Shown here: positions 26,634-29,750 of the stretch, in pieces | Position numbering within the stretch: the stretch's first letter is position 1 | Layout of the letters: each line of letters starts with the position of its first letter | NCBI GenBank assembly: GCA_031367385.1 | Contig: JANLPS010000370.1 | Location: forward strand, 1-29,750 | Origin: Archangium sp. | Lineage (GTDB): Bacteria > Myxococcota > Myxococcia > Myxococcales > Myxococcaceae | DNA length: 29,750 nucleotides | Reading direction: 5' to 3' | Made by a program: the position numbers and the translations under genes | Notes under the pieces: generated by a model | The model's input: the letters and a program-made list of their open reading frames with translations, nothing else | What the model was told of the DNA's origin: nothing | Database searches by the model: none

Positions 26634-27452
26634 ATGGAGTGCCCCAGTTGCCAGGCCGAAGTCCCCGAGGGGGTCGCTGTGTGCCCACAGTGTGACGCCG
26701 TGGTCGACCCGTCGCTTTTTGACCTGAAACCAGGGCCTTCCAAGCCGTCGAAGGGGGGCCGCGGGGGCGCTCGCAAGGTCATTCGCAAGGGCGGCACCGG
26801 GCGCAGGCCCAAGATTTCGCCCGCAATGAAGGCCCAGACCCTCGACGACACCAAGGCCAGACCGGTCGACGAGAACGACTGGCGCTCGAAACTGAGCCCC
26901 GAAGACTACCAAGCACCCGCCGCGAAGCCCTCGGCATCGGTCGGCGACGAAGACACCAACATCAACCGAAAACCCCGCGACAAGAACCTCGACGAAGAAT
27001 TCTTCGGCGACGCGAAGTCGTTCATGAGCGGCCTGTCGACCCCCGACAAGGTCGCCTTCTTCGGAGGCGCCGGCATGGTCGTCTCCTGCTTCTTCCCCTG
27101 GGCTGAGACGCTGGCCGACGGCGAAGTGCTGGGCTTGCTCAGCCAGGGCGCGCTGACCTTCTTGCTCGGTATCGTGGTGATGACCACCATCACCGTTCGC
27201 ACCCGCCACACCTTTCCCAAATTGAACCCCTTGTTCATCTGGGTCGCGCAGCTCGGCGCCGCCTCGTTCAGCGTGTTGTGGGTCTTGGTCTGCATCAAAC
27301 TGAGTTGGGACCCGACGCTCGCCCGCGCGCTGGTCGGCAATGAAGAGATCTGGGTCTCGAAGCCGGGTATGGGCGCGTTCTTCGGGCTGATGATGGCGGT
27401 GGTCGGTTCCCTCGGCACGGCGTTGGGCCTGAAAGAGATTTCATTGCGATGA
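26634..27452 (+). CDS. Zinc-ribbon membrane protein
   Basis: MECPSC...VCPQC; basic then acidic linker; four C-terminal hydrophobic segments; stop overlaps the moxR start (ATGA). Confidence 0.8.
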   Translation: MECPSCQAEVPEGVAVCPQCDAVVDPSLFDLKPGPSKPSKGGRGGARKVIRKGGTGRRPKISPAMKAQTLDDTKARPVDENDWRSKLSPEDYQAPAAKPSASVGDEDTNINRKPRDKNLDEEFFGDAKSFMSGLSTPDKVAFFGGAGMVVSCFFPWAETLADGEVLGLLSQGALTFLLGIVVMTTITVRTRHTFPKLNPLFIWVAQLGAASFSVLWVLVCIKLSWDPTLARALVGNEEIWVSKPGMGAFFGLMMAVVGSLGTALGLKEISLR

Positions 27453-28381
27453 CCAGCTCTCCGCTCGTTCGCCTCGAAGCTGCCCTGGCCGGAGTCGTGC
27501 TTGGGCAACCCCGTGTCGTCGCCGATCTGCTCACCACCTTTCTCGCCCGGGGCCATGTGTTGCTCGAGGGCGTGCCCGGCGTGGCGAAGACGTTGCTCGC
27601 GCGCACCATGGCGCAGGCGCTGGGGCTGCAATTCACGCGAATTCAATTCACGCCAGACCTGATGCCGACCGACGTGGTGGGCACCAGCGTGTTTCGCCCG
27701 GCCGATGGGTCATTCTCACTCAGCAAGGGGCCGATCTTCACCGAGGTGCTGGTCGCCGATGAGATCAACCGCACGCCTCCGAAGACCCAGGCCGCCCTGC
27801 TCGAGGCCATGGAGGAGCGGCAGGTCACCATCGACGGTGTCTCTCACGCGCTCTCGCCGCAGTTCTTCGTGGTCGCCACCCAGAACCCGCTCGAGCTCGA
27901 GGGCACCTACCCCTTGCCCGAGGCCCAGCTCGACCGCTTCATGATGCGGGTGCGGGTGGGCTACCCCGATGAGGCCGCTGAGCGCACGATGTTGACCCGG
28001 TTTCATGAGCGCGGCGGCGGGCAGGCGAGCGTCGAGCGGGCGCTGTCGGCTGATGAGCTGGCGGGCCTGCAACGCTCGGCCGCGGCGGTGACCTGCGATG
28101 CGAGCGTGATCGAGTATGCGATGCGGCTGGTTCGAGCGACCCGGCAGAACCCGAAGTTGCGGTTGGGCGCTTCACCAAGGTCGGGGCAGAGCCTGCTGGC
28201 GGCAGCCAAGGCCAGGGCCGCGCTCGAGCAAAAGAGCTTCGTGACCCCAGATCAGATCAAGCAGGTCGTCGGGTCGGTGTTGAACCATCGGTTGATCGTC
28301 AAGGCCGAGGCCGAGGTCGATGGCGTGACTGCCGATGACATCATTCGGCACACCCTCGAGCAGGTCGAAGTGCCCCGGTAG
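27449..28381 (+). CDS. moxR: MoxR-family AAA+ ATPase
   Basis: GHVLLEGVPGVAKT, RIQFTPDLMPTD, ADEINRTPPKTQAALLEAMEERQVT, ATQNPLELEGTYPLPEAQLDRF, GASPR. Confidence 0.96.
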   Translation: MTSSPLVRLEAALAGVVLGQPRVVADLLTTFLARGHVLLEGVPGVAKTLLARTMAQALGLQFTRIQFTPDLMPTDVVGTSVFRPADGSFSLSKGPIFTEVLVADEINRTPPKTQAALLEAMEERQVTIDGVSHALSPQFFVVATQNPLELEGTYPLPEAQLDRFMMRVRVGYPDEAAERTMLTRFHERGGGQASVERALSADELAGLQRSAAAVTCDASVIEYAMRLVRATRQNPKLRLGASPRSGQSLLAAAKARAALEQKSFVTPDQIKQVVGSVLNHRLIVKAEAEVDGVTADDIIRHTLEQVEVPR

Positions 28382-28386
28382 CCACC

Positions 28387-29022
28387 ATGCGCGCCCACAA
28401 CGTCAAACGCATGAAGATGTACGAGACGCATCTGGGCGAGATCGATCAGCTGTTCAAGGAGACGGGGCATGACGAGGCCGCTCCCAACGTCGACATCTTG
28501 GCGTTCGAGCGCGACTTTTCGACTGAAGACGACGAAGAAGATCTGGGTTGGGTGTTGGTGACCAGTGGCATGAGCGACCGGCGCATGACCCTCGACCCCG
28601 AGGCCGAGCGTGAGGCGAAAGAAGACCCATCGCTGCGACGACGCGCTGAGCTGGTGTGGTACGTGCGCGAGCCGAAACCCGAGTACCTCGCGCACCTGCG
28701 CTGGCTGGCCAAGTTTCCCTTTCTCGATTCGACCTGGCTCGGGTTCGGGCACACCATTCCCCTGCCGGAGCCGATCTTTCGCGGCTCCAAGCTCACCACG
28801 TCGTTGTTTCTGACGCCGATCATCGCCCCCGAGCAGGCGATCGCCGAGGAGCTGACCATTCAAAACGACCCGGTCGAGCTGCTCGTGGTGCACCTGCTCA
28901 CCAACGAAGAGCACCGGCTCAAACAGGAGTTGGGCGTCGACGCGATTCTCGATTTGTTCGACGACAACGAGTACCCGCTGGTGCTCAACGAGCGGCGGGC
29001 CTCGATGGTATCGCCGAGGTGA
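28387..29022 (+). CDS. Suppressor-of-fused (SUFU-like) domain protein
   Basis: VDILAF, LVTSGMSDRRM, RAELVW, LAKFPF...WLGFGHTIP, VELLVVHLLTNEE..LKQELGVDAILDLF. Confidence 0.8.
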   Translation: MRAHNVKRMKMYETHLGEIDQLFKETGHDEAAPNVDILAFERDFSTEDDEEDLGWVLVTSGMSDRRMTLDPEAEREAKEDPSLRRRAELVWYVREPKPEYLAHLRWLAKFPFLDSTWLGFGHTIPLPEPIFRGSKLTTSLFLTPIIAPEQAIAEELTIQNDPVELLVVHLLTNEEHRLKQELGVDAILDLFDDNEYPLVLNERRASMVSPR

Positions 29023-29750
29023 TGGGGCGGCCTACCCTGCGCGCGGTCGCCCTCGCTGTGTTCGGGCTCGTGCCTGCGGTGCTCGCGGCGGTGTTTCGAC
29101 CCTTCGCCTGGGTCGCCCTCGGTCTCGATGCCGTGCTGCTCGGTTTGGTGATTATTGATTTCATTCGCGCTCCCAGTTCGCTTCGGGTGTCGCGGGTGAT
29201 CGACGACGTGATCTCATCTGGCGTGAGACACCCGGTCACGCTCGTGCTCGAGAGCGCTTCGCGTGTTCGCGGTGAGCTGCGCGATTGGGTCTCGCCTGGG
29301 CCGGTCACCGAGCACATGCGCCAGCGGTTTGATTTCACCGGTGAATTGGCGGCGCAGTGGTGGCTCACGCCGCGTGCTCGGGGCGATGTGAGCCTGGGTG
29401 ATGTGTGGGTGCGCCTCGAGGGGCCCTGGGGGCTGGCGTTTCGGCAGCTGCGCGTCTCTGCGTCGCGAACGGTGAAGGTGTTCCCCGACTTGCGGGCGCT
29501 CAGCCGTGACGCGCTGTCACTCGCCCGGGCCAACGATGACTCGGCGAAGCGGGTGCCTCGGGTGCGCAGTGAAGGCCGTGAATTCGAATCACTTCGAGAG
29601 TACCGCGCAGGTGATGACCGGAGATCAATCGACTGGAAGGCCACCGCACGCCGAGGTCGCGGCATCGTGCGCGTACATCAACCCGAGCGAAATCAGACCG
29701 TTTTGCTGCTGCTCGATTGCGGCAGGCACATGGCCGGTGAGGTGCTCGAG
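29022..29750 (+). CDS. DUF58 domain protein (MoxR-associated; runs off the right edge)
   Basis: Not in the ORF track; translated by hand from ATG 29022: two TM segments, PRARGDV, GPWGLA, VKVFPDL, EGREFESLREYRAGDDRRSIDWKATARR, PERNQTVLLLLDCGRHM. Confidence 0.93.
   Translation, partial: MGRPTLRAVALAVFGLVPAVLAAVFRPFAWVALGLDAVLLGLVIIDFIRAPSSLRVSRVIDDVISSGVRHPVTLVLESASRVRGELRDWVSPGPVTEHMRQRFDFTGELAAQWWLTPRARGDVSLGDVWVRLEGPWGLAFRQLRVSASRTVKVFPDLRALSRDALSLARANDDSAKRVPRVRSEGREFESLREYRAGDDRRSIDWKATARRGRGIVRVHQPERNQTVLLLLDCGRHMAGEVLE

Noticed and set aside
25449..27209. 586-aa ORF with start at 27209
   Set aside because: The first ~217 codons are largely antisense to the zinc-ribbon gene; the signal-peptide start is at 26558.
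28985..29665. 226-aa minus-strand ORF and other long antisense ORFs in the track
   Set aside because: Shadows of well-supported opposite-strand genes, expected in high-GC DNA.

Overview
GC-rich chromosomal window that looks like Myxococcota (inferred from Pkn-type Ser/Thr kinase, PEGA/TPR proteins and DAG-repeat lipoproteins). It opens with a core block: partial nadB, a lytic transglycosylase, a giant TPR-acidic linker-AIM24 protein, pgsA and tRNA-Gly(GCC) with its terminator. Behind the tRNA is a ~5 kb accessory mosaic (5.4-10.5 kb). It holds two secreted carbohydrate-binding-type proteins, an apparently collapsed hybrid kinase remnant, the tail of an SDR gene joined back-to-back to ~255 bp resembling a phage portal N-terminus, a LysR and a small orphan ORF. 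Next come a solute-binding lipoprotein/Ser-Thr kinase/TPR-PEGA operon with no transporter, desaturase + beta-carbonic anhydrase, acyl-CoA dehydrogenase + MaoC pair + amine dehydrogenase, a REC-HD-GYP regulator and a TetR/P450 pair with a visible operator. A HEAT-cyclophilin gene is broken by one in-frame TAA at the centre of a quasi-palindrome. The window ends with a zinc-ribbon/MoxR/SUFU/DUF58 operon. I saw no CRISPR array, integrase or transposase. All family calls come from motif recognition by eye, not database searches. No complete novel system is demonstrated; the best candidates are the portal-like fragment and the SBP-kinase-TPR module.
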